Of a DNA stretch of 64,000 nt, positions 1 to 14,492 are shown in pieces; position 1 is the first letter of the stretch, and each line of letters opens with the position of its first letter. Source of the DNA: Octopus vulgaris. Its lineage: Eukaryota. The stretch covers positions 61,070,001 to 61,134,000 of the forward strand of contig OX597817.1 in NCBI GenBank assembly GCA_951406725.2, given 5' to 3'. The translations under genes were made by a program, and so were the position numbers. The notes below the pieces were generated by a model. It made no database searches. It saw nothing but the letters and a program-made list of their open reading frames with translations, and had not been told where the DNA came from.

Positions 1-763
1 TGCCTGCTACATCTTTGCCTGATGTTCTCTGATGAACTGTGAAACTTTCCTGTATATCTCTCATCGTAAGTCAGGTAAGATTTAGCAACGAGCTTCTTAC
101 AATTATTCTGTTGTTACCTCCCTCATGTTTGCGGGATTAATTCTTAGTTGCACAACGAAGTTTATGGAAACTATAGAAGTTTTCTGTTGTAACATTCAAA
201 ATGCTCTCTGAATGGCTATAACTTGTGTCTCTAAGTTTTCGTTTCAGCTTAAGCAGTCAATATCATTACTGATGTGGAAATTTCTGATGGGCGTTAGAAG
301 TTTTCGGGTATTAACACTAATACACTGGCTCTCATCTAGCGTCCGCTCCAGTCGCCCAAATGTTACTATTTCATCCAAATCATAACATTGTAGTCGGAAC
401 TATAGTATATCTGAAAAAGAGAAAAAAAAAACAAAGCGATGGGGTTCCCATCACTTGGACAGCTTTGATCATCGCTTGGACAGCTTTGTCCAAACAGAGT
501 AAAACTAGAGCTTAACAACAACAAAATCAATAAGCTAATTCCAAAAGGTTTTAGGCAAACGAATCTACTGTTTTCATCACTTGAAACTCTCAACGGGTTT
601 GCAGAATCATCGATATTTCAAACGAATTTGGCAGGAATTTTCTCTTCTTCATTTGATCTAAAATATTGCTCGACATCAAACTCAGAACTTTTCTCATCAT
701 AACCAGCAGTCGTTTAACTCCCCCTATTACTCTTACCTCTCTCTCTCTCCTCCCTCTATCTTC

Positions 764-874
<111 letters not shown>

Positions 875-955
875 CTATGTATATATATATATTTATATTT
901 ATATATAAATGTATATATGTATATATATAGTAAACACACACACACATACACACAC

Positions 956-1023
<68 letters not shown>

Positions 1024-1029
<6 letters not shown>

Positions 1030-1698
1030 TCCTGGATTCTCAGAACTTTCCAGTCGAGAGATATCCACACCATTATCCTTCTCTTCTCCACTTTTGCCCG
1101 ACCCCACCTTGAATACTGTTGTCCACTGTGGTCTCCCCACACAATACAAGGTATCATAAAAGTTGAAGCACCTCAAAGGGCAATCACAAAAAAGATAGAT
1201 GGCATGACAGGCCTCGACTATTGGGGACGACTAGAAAAGCTAAAACTTTATTCTCTCCAACGTCGTCGTGAGCGCTACATCATCTGCATGATGTGGAAAA
1301 TATTCCATCAGCATTGCCCAAATGATGTTGGCATCACCTTTAAGGTACATCCAATGCTTGGGCCCCGTGCCATCCGCCCAAAACAAAAATCGCACTCTCA
1401 TCTCATAACAACAATACGGCACAATTATTTCACCTCAATTGGCCCCGCTCTCTTTAACATTACACCAAAACACATTAAAACAGAAACTGACCATATAGGG
1501 TTCAAGAAGTCTTTGGACAGATTCCTTCAAGAAATCCCGGATAAACCCCCTACACCCGGATATGTCTCTGTAAACAATAACTCTCTACTTGAGTGGGCCA
1601 TAGTGCCCAAATTCTGACTTGAAAGACTTCACCAGGTGGTGCTATTAAGTTAGACGTGGCCTGGGCCAATAATGGCCGAAACCTATCAAAGTATCAAA

Positions 1699-1699
<1 letters not shown>
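1024..1699 (+). mobile_element. 5'-truncated CR1/L2-group LINE (C-terminal ORF2 fragment 1024-1617 plus 3' UTR and tandem tail)
   Basis: Translation has [14 protein letters not shown]...[22 protein letters not shown]...FKKSLDRFL, typical of the post-RT region of CR1/L2-type ORF2. The UTR ends in a hairpin, GAAAC and (TATCAAAG)2. Flanked on both sides by (TA)n. Confidence 0.85.
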
Positions 1700-1752
<53 letters not shown>

Positions 1753-2103
1753 ATAATAATACTGCTGGTATACTTGACTGAGGAAAGAAGGCCACTAATG
1801 GCCCGTCTTTTTTTGTTTGTCCTTCTAATTGTTGTTTCTCCTGTCTGCCCTTCTATCGTTTATCTGTCCGAATGCTTTATTGTCCTCTATTGCGTTTTTG
1901 TTCCATTTTTTATATTTATATATAAATAATAAACCATATATATATATCTAATATAGGATAAAATATTTTCGAAAAAAAATTTTATCAATGCCCAGCATAT
2001 TAAAAAAATACTTTTAATGGTTAAATTTATATGGTTATGGACGTTGTGTCTAGTTTCGGCAAATTTGGCATTAGAAATTTTTTCTTTTGCCCTTGTTTAT
2101 AAG

Positions 2104-2147
<44 letters not shown>

Positions 2148-2355
2148 CGGAGATGTACTCGCATAGCAAGTGATTTGATCTGAGATCGTGTGCTGGAACG
2201 AAAACAATTGCAGCGTGGAAGGTGTTTGTAAGCCATTTAAGAAACACACAAAAGCCGTTCGATTCCCTTCAACATTTAAGTTTAATTTGTCAAAATATTT
2301 TCGTCGCATCTTTCCCTGCCTCTGTCTGTATCTCCCACCCTCTATCTCTCTCTCA

Positions 2356-2455
<100 letters not shown>

Positions 2456-3984
2456 TTATATTTCTTTGTCCCACTTTTCCCCTATATTCTAGTACTTGGA
2501 AAATCTCTGTCATGTAATTTCCCACTAAAACGTTGCTTGATTCGCCAAGGCAAAAACACCTCCCTCACCAACCCACCATTTTCACAGTCACTTCAATTTG
2601 CATTCTACAGAAAATTACAGTGACAACACTATGGAATATACATGCATACATAGATACATTCATACGCACATACATTCATACACACATACACACATGTATG
2701 TATGTATGTATGTATGTATGTATGTATGTATGTATGTATGTATGTATGTATGTGTGTGTGTGTGTGTGTATATGTATGTATTTATGTCCGTATGTATACG
2801 AATAGGTATGCGTGCGCATGTATGTGTTGTGGGTGAGATACTGAGGCATGTATTTTGTTCTAGGAATAACAAACAAATATTCTAAATATTAGATGCATTT
2901 GGCACAAGATCGAACGCTAATGTGTAATAATACGTGATCTATTATTGATCTCGTGGTTGGTGGCTCACCAAAGGTTGTTTTTATTCGATATTTATTATTT
3001 GTTTCTGTGTTTTTGCTGATATTTTTGATGTTTTTATTTGTGTATGTATGTAACTGGCTGAGTGGTGTATGTGTGTGTGTGCGTGTGTGTGATTGCTTGT
3101 GTGTGAGTTTTGTTGTGTGTGTAACTGTATTATGTGTGTGAGTGTGTGTGTGTGTGTGGAGTGGTTGCGTGATATGTGTGTCGGGTGATTATGGTGTGTG
3201 TTTAGGTCTGTATTTCGGGAATATATTATCGCAACATGAAGAACAACAATAGACACCACAGAACCAACAGTTACAAAGTGAAAAAATATACAATACAAAC
3301 CACAAGAATAAAACACAAATAGCAATAATAAATAAAAGCATTAACAAAACTGTGCCAACATCATCATCAACAACAACAACAACAACAATAAAACTCTACA
3401 AATAACATAAAATCGATAAAGCAATAAAATCTTGTAAAAACAACACCGAAATCCAGGTGTGTATATTATAGCATAAGAATTATGCTGAATAAGAAACAAG
3501 GTTAGCAATTTTGAGGGGATGGGCAGGGGTGGATACCATCGACTCCTCTCTTTGAATCTTATTTCATCGTCCTGGAGGATAAACAGCAAATTTTACTTTT
3601 GCACAACTTGAACTCACGACCTAAAGAGTCGTAACAGATAACGCGTAGCCTCTTATTTACCTGTCGAAGCAGTTTGCCACCTACCTATCTTTCATAATAA
3701 TAATACCTCAAAGTTTGGCACAAGGCCAGCAATTTTTGAGAGACGGGGAGGAAGTCGATAGTTCCGACCGTACTACTCAGCTGCTGTTTATTCTATCCAT
3801 CCTGAAAGCATAAAAGGCCAAGTCGACCCTCGCAGAATTTGAACTCACAATATAAAAACGGACGTGATAACGATTTTTTTTCTACTCTAGACACAAGGCC
3901 CGAAATTTCGGGGGAGGGGTCCAGTCGATTTGATCGACCCCAGTACGCAACTTATACTTGAAACCAATATTACGAAAGGTCAGG

Positions 3985-4385
3985 GTAGTGAGGTGGCAAA
4001 AACGTTAGTACGCCGGGCGAAATGCTTTGCGGTATTTCGTCTGCCGTTATGTTCTGAGTTCAAATTCCGCCGAGGTCGACTTCGCCTTTCATCCTTTCGG
4101 AGTCGATTAAATAAGTACCAGTTACGCACTGGGGTCGATATAATCGACTTAATCCCTTTGTCTGTCCTTGTTTGTCCTCTCTGTGTTTAGCCCCTTGTGG
4201 GTAGTAAAGAAATAGGTATTTCGTCTGTTTTTATATTCTGAGTTCAAATTCCACTGAGGTCAGCTTTGCCTTTCAATCTTTCGGGGTCGATAAATTAAGT
4301 GCCAGTTGCGTACTGGGGTTGATCTAATCGACTGGCCCCGCTTCCCCAAAATTTCGGGCCTTGTGCTTAGAGTAGAAAAGAATAT
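3985..4385 (+). mobile_element. tRNA-derived SINE, family 2 (internally duplicated body)
   Basis: Head with A/B-box-like motifs (GGTGGCAAAAACGTTAG...GAGTTCAAATTCC). The block GGTATTTCGTCTG...GCCTTTCATCCTTTCGG...AAGTACCAG occurs twice (~4031 and ~4215). Near-identical copies elsewhere in the window. Confidence 0.8.
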
Positions 4386-4722
4386 TGATTTCAACTTTTG
4401 GCACAAGGTCAGTACTTTCAGGGGAGAGGAGTTACTCGATTACATTGACCCTGATGTCCAAGTGGTACTTATACACCCTGAAACGATAAAAAATAAAGTC
4501 GACTCGGCGACTAAATTTTGACGCAGGGGCCGTATTTCTAAGTGGGAAAGGGAGTCGGTTACATTGATCCCAGTTCTTGAGCCGTCCTTAATATATCGAT
4601 CATGAAAGGTAAAGTTGATTTCAGCAAGATTTGAACTCAGAAAGTAAAGGTTCGAAAGAAACATTGCAAGGAATTTTATCGAACTCCTGCAAATTCATTG
4701 CCATTTCTCTTCGTAACTTCAC

Positions 4723-5345
<623 letters not shown>

Positions 5346-5348
5346 CGA

Positions 5349-5408
<60 letters not shown>

Positions 5409-6194
5409 GTGCAAATGATTGTCTTAATGGTACATCACACGTATGATGATGATGATGATGATCGATGATGATGAACTGATGATGCTCATGCATTTTGATT
5501 TGACTTTGATGATGATAATAATAAATGCCCTGAACTACTGAGTTTGGCTTTAATGGCCTACCAATATACACTATGAGTTTCTTTGCCCTAGGAGTCGGGA
5601 AGACACTCGGCAAGAAATGGAAGAAAATTTGAAAGAAGAAAAAAAGAAAATAATAATAATAATGATTTCAAAATTTTTCCACAAGGGCAGATTGGGGGAG
5701 GAGCAAGTATATTCTGCTCAATACCTCAGTGTTTCGCTTGTCAGTTGTTTGATTTATCAACCCCGAAAGTTGAAAGCATAAAGTCGACCTTAGAATTTGG
5801 CTCAGAACGATATGGGTGCATCTCTGATCACGAGCACAAGGGGGGAGCATCATAGCCATGTGACAAAGAAGGATTCTTTGGGGATTTGAATAATTCGACC
5901 TCTGGAAACATGGGTGTTTCGTTCAACGTCCTGAAAACAACCCTTATTCAGGAACCTTTTGAGCGGGATGGGTTACTCGATCTGAAGAAAATTCTAACTG
6001 GGCTCCACCTGCAAGGTCATGTGCTGTTTATCTTGATATGAGATCACCAGCTCGTCGCCCTAATAATGGTTGTAATGCATAATAATAATGTACCCTTATC
6101 AGACGGGTAATAATAATGGCGAAAGAATTTGACAAGCTTCAGAAAATATAAAGACCAGTGTCACTTTGAAATGGCATGCTCTGCTCGCTCACTC

Positions 6195-6227
<33 letters not shown>

Positions 6228-6229
<2 letters not shown>

Positions 6230-6512
6230 CGAAAATTATATGAGAATGATCCCTGGCTTACCATCCCTGCAAGAAGTGCAAAAGATTGTCTTAACTGGTA
6301 CATCACACGTATTGAGAAGAGCATTGTCGATGTGAGAACTGTTGCTGCTCATGCATTTTAATTTAACTTTAAAAAAAAAAAAAAAAAAAAATGAACGAAC
6401 TACTGAGTTTGGTTTAATGGCCTACCAATATACACTATGAGTTTCTTTGCCCTAGGAGTCGGGAAGACACTCGGCAAGAAATGGAAGAAAATTTGAAAGA
6501 AGAAAAAAAGAA
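6228..6512 (+). mobile_element. R4/Dong-like LINE 3' stub
   Basis: TENYMRMIPGLPSLQEVQKIVLTGTSHVLRRALSM* then 3' UTR; (TAA)n on both sides. Confidence 0.8.
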
Positions 6513-6534
6513 AATAATAATAATAATAATAATA

Positions 6535-6931
6535 ATGATTTCAAAATTTTTCCACAAGGGCAGATTGGGGGAGGGGATTAAGTATATTATTTCAACCTCA
6601 GTGTTTCGCTGGTTTTTAATTTATCAACCCCGAAAGGGTGAAAGATAAAGTCGACCTTGGCAGAATTTGAACTCAGAACGTAGTGATGGGTGAAATATCT
6701 ATTTCTTTACTACCCACAAGGGGCTAAACACAGAGAGGACAAACAAGGACAGACAGACGGATTAAGTCGATTATATCGACCGCAGTGCGTAATTGGTACT
6801 TAATTTATCGACCCCGAAAGGATGAAAGGCAAAGTCGACCTCGGCGGAATTTGAACTCAGAACGTAACGGTAGACGAAATGCAGCTACGCATTTCGCCTG
6901 GCACGCTAACGTTTCTTCCAGCTCGCCGCCC
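6535..6931 (-). mobile_element. tRNA-derived SINE, family 2
   Basis: Reverse complement begins GGCGGCGAGCTGGAAGAAACGTTAGCGTGCCAGGCGAAATGC and matches 3985-4385; sits between (TAA)n tracts. Confidence 0.8.
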
Positions 6932-6996
<65 letters not shown>

Positions 6997-6999
<3 letters not shown>

Positions 7000-7372
7000 G
7001 CGAAAGAATTTGACAAGCTCAGAAAATATAAAGACCTGCTCATTGAAATTGAGAAAATGTGGCATCTCAAGGCGGTTACAATACCAGTGATCGTAGGAGC
7101 ACTAGGAATGATCAAGAAGGGAACCGAAAATTATATGAGAATGATCCCTGGCTTACCATCCCTGCAAGAAGTGCAAAAGATTGTCTTAACTGGTACATCA
7201 CACGTATTGAGAAGAGCATTGTCGATGTGAGAATTATTACTACCCATGTATTTTAATTTAACTTTAAAAAAAAAAAAAAAATGAACGAACTATTGAGATG
7301 AGTTTCTTTGCCCTAGGAATCGGGAAGACACTCGGCAAGAAATGGAAGCAAATTTGAAAGAAGAAAAAAAAG
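6997..7372 (+). mobile_element. R4/Dong-like LINE 3' stub
   Basis: KLRKYKDLLIEIEKMWHLKAVTIPVIVGALG...LRRALSM* is the end of a restriction-like endonuclease domain; flanked by (TAA)n. Confidence 0.85.
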
Positions 7373-7382
7373 TAATAATAAT

Positions 7383-7471
<89 letters not shown>

Positions 7472-7965
7472 TGATGATGATAATTCAAGCCTGAAATTTG
7501 AAGGAGGATGTTGTTCTATAATATCAACATCAGTAATTGAATGACAAATCAGTTTATCGATTCCAGAGACATGAAAGACAAAGTTGACCACGGCGAAATT
7601 TGAACGTGCAGAGCTAGAATGCTGAACGAAGGGCATATTTCTTTTATTTACACCCAGCCTAAAGAAGGACGAAGACGATGCCATAGAAAGAACAATAACG
7701 AAACAATACTACTAGTATAACAAAATCCTACCAATGAGTTTGTATGTGCTGCTTGACTTGCGAGAAATAGCGGCCGAATCACCTTCATATGACACTCTAC
7801 GCTCTAAAGCCAAAAGAGAATGTATTGTATAACGTAATTGCATTTAAACTAAAATTAGCCAAAATTTCAACTTAAAAAGAATCACGCCGGTCATTTTGAT
7901 AATGCCTTATTGAAGGTTTTGCTGACCCAAAGCACAAAAACATTATCATCAGCAGTAACAACAGC

Positions 7966-7996
<31 letters not shown>

Positions 7997-8416
7997 GCAA
8001 CAACAACAACATCAACAACAACAACTGTATTATGTACTAGGATAACAAACAATGCTCTTAAGATTGAATGACAGACAAACGAGCAAAGAAAATTTATTAA
8101 AAATATGAGAAGGTAAATGTTTATTTAATAGAAATCGATGAATGCAAACGAAAATGCTACATGACCTAAGACCTACGCCATTATTAATCGAAAAAAAAAG
8201 AAGAAAAACAGTCTTGCCACTAATCTTACAAACCAGACGTGCAACTTGAAAGGAAAATATCAAAGATCATAGACAAACAAATTACTTGTTTAAATCATAG
8301 AATAATCACTCGTTGAAAGACACACGTGTGTGCGTGTATACATACATACATGCATGCATACATACATACATACATACATACATACATACATACATACATA
8401 CATACATACATGCATA

Positions 8417-8470
<54 letters not shown>

Positions 8471-8473
<3 letters not shown>

Positions 8474-8765
8474 ATACAAATGGCAAGACAACAAAAGAAT
8501 GAACGAGACCTCAATATTATGTAAACAGAGGGATTTATCTGTAAATATAATATGTGACAATTATTCGGTAGCCATGATAAAACTCCGGATTTCGGATGTC
8601 GGGGCAGAAACCCACGCCGGCATCTCTTCATTTATCGGGTCATCGAAAAAAAGTTTTGGGGATGGCCTGATAACTGACGAGATGCCGGTGTGGGTTTCCG
8701 CCCCGACATCCGAAACCCGGAGTTTTATCATGGCTACCGAATAATTGTTACATATTATATTTACA
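8471..8765. mobile_element. Fold-back insertion in (TA)n (arms ~8540-8644 and ~8661-8765), Penelope pLTR/retrozyme-like
   Basis: Inverted arms of ~105 bp with a few mismatches, a ~70-bp one-sided extension on the left, (TA)n on both flanks, and an HHR fold in the arm. Confidence 0.7.
8669..8729 (+). ncRNA. Type I hammerhead ribozyme (predicted)
   Basis: GATAA-CTGACGA-[GATGCCGG...CCGACATC C]-GAAAC-CCGGA-GTT|TTATC. Stem I is GATAA/TTATC, core is canonical, stem II is long, and the GUU site lies after 8724. Confidence 0.65.
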
Positions 8766-9417
8766 TATATATATATATACATATGCGTATGCGTGTGTAA
8801 TGTATACGCACACACACACACACGATATATTGCAACCCACATGTCGCTATTAAATCTATCAAGGCACACAAATGTGATCAAAATTTCAAAATTTTTCATA
8901 AAAATAATCAGATGAAAATAAAATGGAATCCAACTTACCTCTAACCTCATTCAGAGATATTTTGCAACACATAGACTACAAATACAAACCCTTACGTACA
9001 CATACACACACTTATACATATACTAAAACACATACACACACTTATATAGCTATATACATATACTAAAACACATGCTGCACACATATATTTACCGCTGATG
9101 CAGATTAAAGATGCAGCTTCTCCTCTTTTTACATCATTTCCATTGTATTTTCATTCAACTTTTCAAATAGGATATACTTCAATTTCTTCCAAATGTTTGT
9201 AATTGACAGCCTCCTCCCCTTCTCTGTCTCTTTATCCACCACCTTCTCCCTACTCTCTCTCTCTCTCTCCCTCCCCTCCTTTCTACCCGTAGCATTCTAC
9301 TCATCTTTGTTTTATAACCTTTATTTCTACAATTTTTTTTACTGCTTATTAAACTGTTCCGAATTGCTACACTTTCATTCCCCCATTCTCTCTCCCCCTT
9401 CTCTCTCTCTCTCTGTA

Positions 9418-9482
<65 letters not shown>

Positions 9483-10221
9483 CTAACTTCTGTCATTTAC
9501 TCTCTCTCTCTCTCTTCTTCTCCTTCTCACCCTTTTCCTTTCTTTTGTCTCTATCATTTGTCTCTTTCACTGTTTGTGGGCGTAGCATTCTCCACTTATT
9601 GCCTGTCATTAAGCCAAGTATGTGCACCCATACTGCATCTTTTATGCAAATTCTCTCTCTGTACCTCTCTTTTATTCTCTCTCAAACTCTCTATACGGCG
9701 AAACTTGATTAAAGTAATTACATAACCAGCTCCCAGCCAACCAACCAACCAACCAACCAACTATCAATTATATCGGCGATTATTATAGAGGAAAATATAA
9801 AGAGAGACAAATTAAAAGAGTGTAACAATATATGAGACCAAATCACTGTATATGCGCGTGCGCGTGTGTGTTTGTATGAGTGCGTGTGTGCTGTGTGTTG
9901 TATGTATGTGTGAGCGTGTGAGTGCGTGTGTGCGTTAGTGATATGCATATATGTCAGAGTAGGTGAATGCTATCAGGAATTTCCATGCTTTTGATAGCTT
10001 TGCCAAATCCCATCTTGACACGGAACAGGCGCTGTTTATTGCTTTTAGGACTTTGCGATGACAACGTTATCGACGCTGACGGTTTAAAAGTCTGTTAACT
10101 GCCATAAATGCGGAAACGGATGGTTTTCTACCTCAACAGATCTCTGAAGCCAGCCATCGCCGTCCCCACTTCGACGCCTCTTTTCTTTCACCACTAAACA
10201 CGCTCCCTATAGATACACATT

Positions 10222-10298
<77 letters not shown>

Positions 10299-10304
10299 CA
10301 GAGG

Positions 10305-10346
<42 letters not shown>

Positions 10347-10981
10347 GAGAGAGATGCACAAACATGTCAGTTTTTTTTCTATTCCGATATAGATGGAAAA
10401 CATGAACAGCATTAATCGATTTTCTGTTCCAATTGGGGATCTATCGGAAGTGTGTATATCTCTTCGAGAATTTATAAGAGGAGCGTTAAATAGGATGAGA
10501 AATATATTTTATTGAAACCACAAAAAAAAAAAAAAAAAGACTTAAACCTGACTTCGAACCCAGAACGTAAAGGATCTGTAGAATAGTGCGAAATGTAATT
10601 TTCCGCGCTCCAACGATTTCAGGATTTCACCACACATTTCAGTGGAGTGCGTGTGTAAGTGTGCTATAATTGCAACATACAATTATTTCTGCTAATGCAA
10701 TGAAAACAAATCTTTGAGCAAAGATCTCAATGGGAGCTCAATAAGATTTTAAAATATATTCATATTTAGTGAGTATTTAATGCACCAAACTGCATGCGGG
10801 CTTATAGACGATGATATATGGTAATACAAATATATCTATCAGTGTATCTAACTATCTATGTTTTGTTTATCGTTTTGTCTATCGATCTGTTTATCGAAAT
10901 ATTTATCTGTCTACCTGTCCAGCTAGCTACGAATTCACACTACACGCATGTATATCTGTGCTAAATAGATGTTTTCACACT

Positions 10982-11012
<31 letters not shown>

Positions 11013-11015
<3 letters not shown>

Positions 11016-11078
11016 GGCGGTGCCCCAGCATGGCCACAGCTCGTGAGCTGAAACTAGAATCAATCAATCAATCAATCA
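11013..11078 (+). mobile_element. Isolated 3' tail of the CR1/L2-like LINE at 14907-15790
   Basis: ATGGCGGTGCCCCAGCATGGCCACAGCTC..AGCTGAAACTAG(AATC)n within (TA)n; same tail at 24433-24502 and, degenerate, at 43266-43312. Confidence 0.75.
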
Positions 11079-11136
11079 TATATATATATACGCATGCACA
11101 TACATACATACATACATACATACATACATACATACA

Positions 11137-11170
<34 letters not shown>

Positions 11171-11176
11171 CATACA

Positions 11177-11895
11177 TATCGGGTTGAGTAAAAAGTAAAC
11201 AACGCTTTGAAACACGAAATTTTTCACAATATATTTCAACAATGTGGAAATTTTATTCATCAAAGTAAGCACCATTATACGATCAACACATTTTTGCCAA
11301 TGAGTTACAAGTTTGTGTTCGCTAACATAAAAATCTGGAGTTCTGGAGCTGATGAGCTCTTTGAACGCACTTTCAGCATTCGTTTGGTTTTTGAACTCCT
11401 TCTCTCGCAGAAAATCATGAAGGTGCTTGAAAAGTGGTAGTCGGTAGGAGAAAGGCCTGGGAAATAAGCTGGGTGGGGTAGAAGTTCGTAGCCAAGATCT
11501 CTTAACTTCTGGAGCGTCATTAAGGAAACGTGTGGTCGAGCATTCTGATAAAGACTAGGGACGGAGGAGTAACAGATATTCGTTCATTTTGGTAATTTCA
11601 TGTTTCTGCAGTAATGGTTTTTCCGGGTTTTAAGACGTTATAGTGGATAAGTCCAGCAGTACACCTCCAAAGAGTCACAATAACCTTCTTTTTGATGAGC
11701 TCGGATTTAGGGAAAGTTTTCGGTGCTTCATTTTGATCCAACCATTGCGAAGAACGTTTTTTATTATTGTGTAGAATCCACTTTTAATCGCAAGTTACAA
11801 TACGGTCGGGAAATGGATCTGTCTGGTTACGGAGAGGAAACGACGAGCAAATTTCATTTCTGCGCACTTTCTGGTTTTCATTCAAATCGGTGGAC
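11177..11895 (-). mobile_element. Mariner (Tc1/mariner) transposase remnant with one probable TIR
   Basis: Minus strand reads DPFPDRIVTCD*KW (first catalytic D), GLIHYNVLKPGKTIT and LGYELLPHPAYFPGLSPTDYH (degenerate HPPYSPDLAPxDY). TA-TCGGGTTGAGTAAAAAGTAA at 11177 resembles a mariner TIR. Confidence 0.8.
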
Positions 11896-12749
11896 CTAAC
11901 TTTAAAACCCTAACCCTAAAACCCTAGAGCTAAAACCAGTACAAATGCACGAATGCTGTCATAAATAACAGTGACATGATTCTTGTGGTTAAGTTCACAA
12001 TCACAAAGTAGTGAGATCGATTTCCGGCGGCGCGTTGTCTCCTTGAGCCAGACACTTTATCACGCTGAATCTTCCTGAGAACTACATTATAAGTACGCGT
12101 GTCTGTGGAGCTGGCACAGCCACGCGCACGTTAATTTCATGGGGCTGTTCAGTTGATTGGATAAACTGGAGCGCTCACCGTCGTCACCGACGGAGTGCCA
12201 GTTTATATATACGGCGTATTTATATATAAGTTTTGGTGTGTGTGTTGGTTTCTATATTTATCCTGTTAACAGTATGAAATTGCTTACATCAAATGCTTAA
12301 ATGATTATACTTAACGAGCAAACCTTCTACCTGTTTCTTATGGCTAATTAACAAGGGTGTTAATTATTATTTTTCTAATACTGTCTCAGCTTAACTTTAT
12401 CTAAATACATAGATAAATTAAAACACTACGTATAAATTTTCTTAGCTTTAGAAAAGTTAACGTTTAAATGATAACAGCATGTAAGCACACTTTCCACCGA
12501 TTCATATTTGTTAATTAATAAGAGGGTTAATTATAAATTACTTTGTGTAGTACTTCAGACAACCTTTAGCTAGATATATTTTTTGAAAGACTTAACAGGT
12601 TTTGTCTCTCTTTCGCTTTCCCTCTCTTCCCTTTCTCGACAGATGCTGCACCACCATCAGCAGCTGACACAATTTTTTCGGGCGCAGATCCATGTTCTCT
12701 CGAGACCCACGGATGCCTACTATACCATACTATACTATGCTATACTATA

Positions 12750-12785
<36 letters not shown>

Positions 12786-12939
12786 GAATACTTATATACA
12801 CAGGGTATTTGTAAAGGCTTGGTGGGATTTCAAAACTATTCATTAATGTAAATGGTAACAATGGTGTAGTGTTGCAAGTTACATTAATAAGGAGTTTGGA
12901 AATTCCACCACGACTTTATGGACACACAGCATATACACA

Positions 12940-13013
<74 letters not shown>

Positions 13014-13214
13014 GACCTCATGTGTACCGTTGGCGATTTTTTCCCTCTGTCTTCCCTTCTCTGGATCTTTCCTTCTCCTATGTTTCCGACGAAGAGTTCC
13101 GCTCGAAACGTTAAACTCCCCTTCTTTCCTTCTTTCCTGAGCGTCCAATAATACTATATTTGTTCCACGTCCTCGCGTTGTAGTGTTTTTTTTGTGCTTT
13201 CTTGTTTGGATTAA

Positions 13215-13218
<4 letters not shown>
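13014..13218 (+). mobile_element. Dispersed ~200-bp HHR-bearing element, family A
   Basis: Flanked by (TA)n. Homologous copies at 32106-32305 (minus) and 54655-54762 (plus, truncated at GAAAC). HHR-like fold at 13082-13116. Confidence 0.7.
13082..13116 (+). ncRNA. Minimal hammerhead-like motif, CCGACGA core
   Basis: GTTT-CCGACGA-A-GAGT TCC GCTC-GAAAC-GTT|AAAC; stem III is only the ACGT palindrome. Confidence 0.55.
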
Positions 13219-13298
<80 letters not shown>

Positions 13299-13564
13299 AT
13301 CCTCGAAATGAGGAGTTGCCGACAACAATCTATCTGTATAACTACACACACACGCACTCAATCTTCACTCTGGTATAAGCCCATGCATATATTTGCATAC
13401 CTTTTTTTTCTACATTTTAATAAATCTCTCTATAGGCATCAACATTAACTTTCTCACTCCCAACGCCTCTATGTTCTGGAAATGAATTTTGACCAAATAA
13501 CGTGCACTTCATATTCAAGGCTCTGATGAAGCTACAGGATGTTAGCCAGGGACTCAACATTTAT

Positions 13565-13597
<33 letters not shown>

Positions 13598-13648
13598 TTA
13601 TATAAATCAAAATAAGCAACAGGATATCCAGAGGTGATATATATCACA

Positions 13649-13979
13649 TAAGGGACCAAGGGCGAGAAAAAAAACGATCTATCTCCAACATGCTTGAAAA
13701 TACCGAGGCATTCAGATACTACCGAAAATCTTCAAAAATATACACGGATTGTAGGCGAGCGCGTGAAAAGACATTAAAAAGACTTCACGTTAATTGTAAA
13801 TTGGGTCCAATTTGTAGATTAAAGCCGTAAAAACAGGCTTTTTTCCTTCGTCAACACAATACACGAAAAATATAAATACAAATCCTTATATATTTTGGGA
13901 GTATTTCGGTAGTATCTGAATGTGTCGGCATTTCCTAGCATGCTGGCAGCAGGTTGATTTTTCGCCCTTGCTCTCTTAA
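13649..13979. mobile_element. MITE-like element with degenerate ~90-bp terminal inverted repeats
   Basis: TAAGGGACCAAGGGCGAG...ATTCAGATACTACCGAAA at left is inverted as TTTCGGTAGTATCTGAAT...CGCCCTTGCTCTCTTA at right. A partial reverse copy lies at ~14730-14893. Confidence 0.65.
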
Positions 13980-14099
13980 TATAACTATATACATATAATT
14001 ATTAATTTAATGTATAAGTTACCTTTAAATTTTTATTGTATGCCGACTACCTGATAAAAATCATTAACGTGATTTTATCCTTATATTCTTGTATACTCC

Positions 14100-14308
14100 T
14101 ACTATTTTACTTGTTTCAGTCATTTGACTGCAGCCATGCTGGAGCACCGCCTTTAGTCGAGCAAATTGACCCCGGGACTTATTCTTTGTAAGCCCAGTAC
14201 TTATTCTATCGGTCTCTTTTGCCGAACCGCTAAGTGACGGGGACGTAAACACACCAGCATCGGTTGTCAAGCAATGCTAGGGGAACAAACACAGACTCAC
14301 AAACACAT

Positions 14309-14349
<41 letters not shown>

Positions 14350-14492
14350 CATATATACGACAGGCTTCTTTCAGTTTCCGTCTACAAAATCCACTCACAA
14401 GGCATTGGTCGGCCCGAGGCTATAGCAGAAGACACTTGCCCAAGATGCCACGCAAACTACTTACCACCTTACCACACAGCCATTCCTGCGCC
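14100..14492 (-). mobile_element. tRNA-derived SINE, family 1
   Basis: Matches 44105-44487 in reverse, with a deletion in the head. Confidence 0.8.

Noticed and set aside
29-55. CTGATGAACTGTGAAAC hammerhead-like core
   Set aside because: No stem I or stem III complementarity around it.
11905-11940. Telomere-like CCCTAA repeats
   Set aside because: Only two to three degenerate units; chance or repeat-internal sequence.
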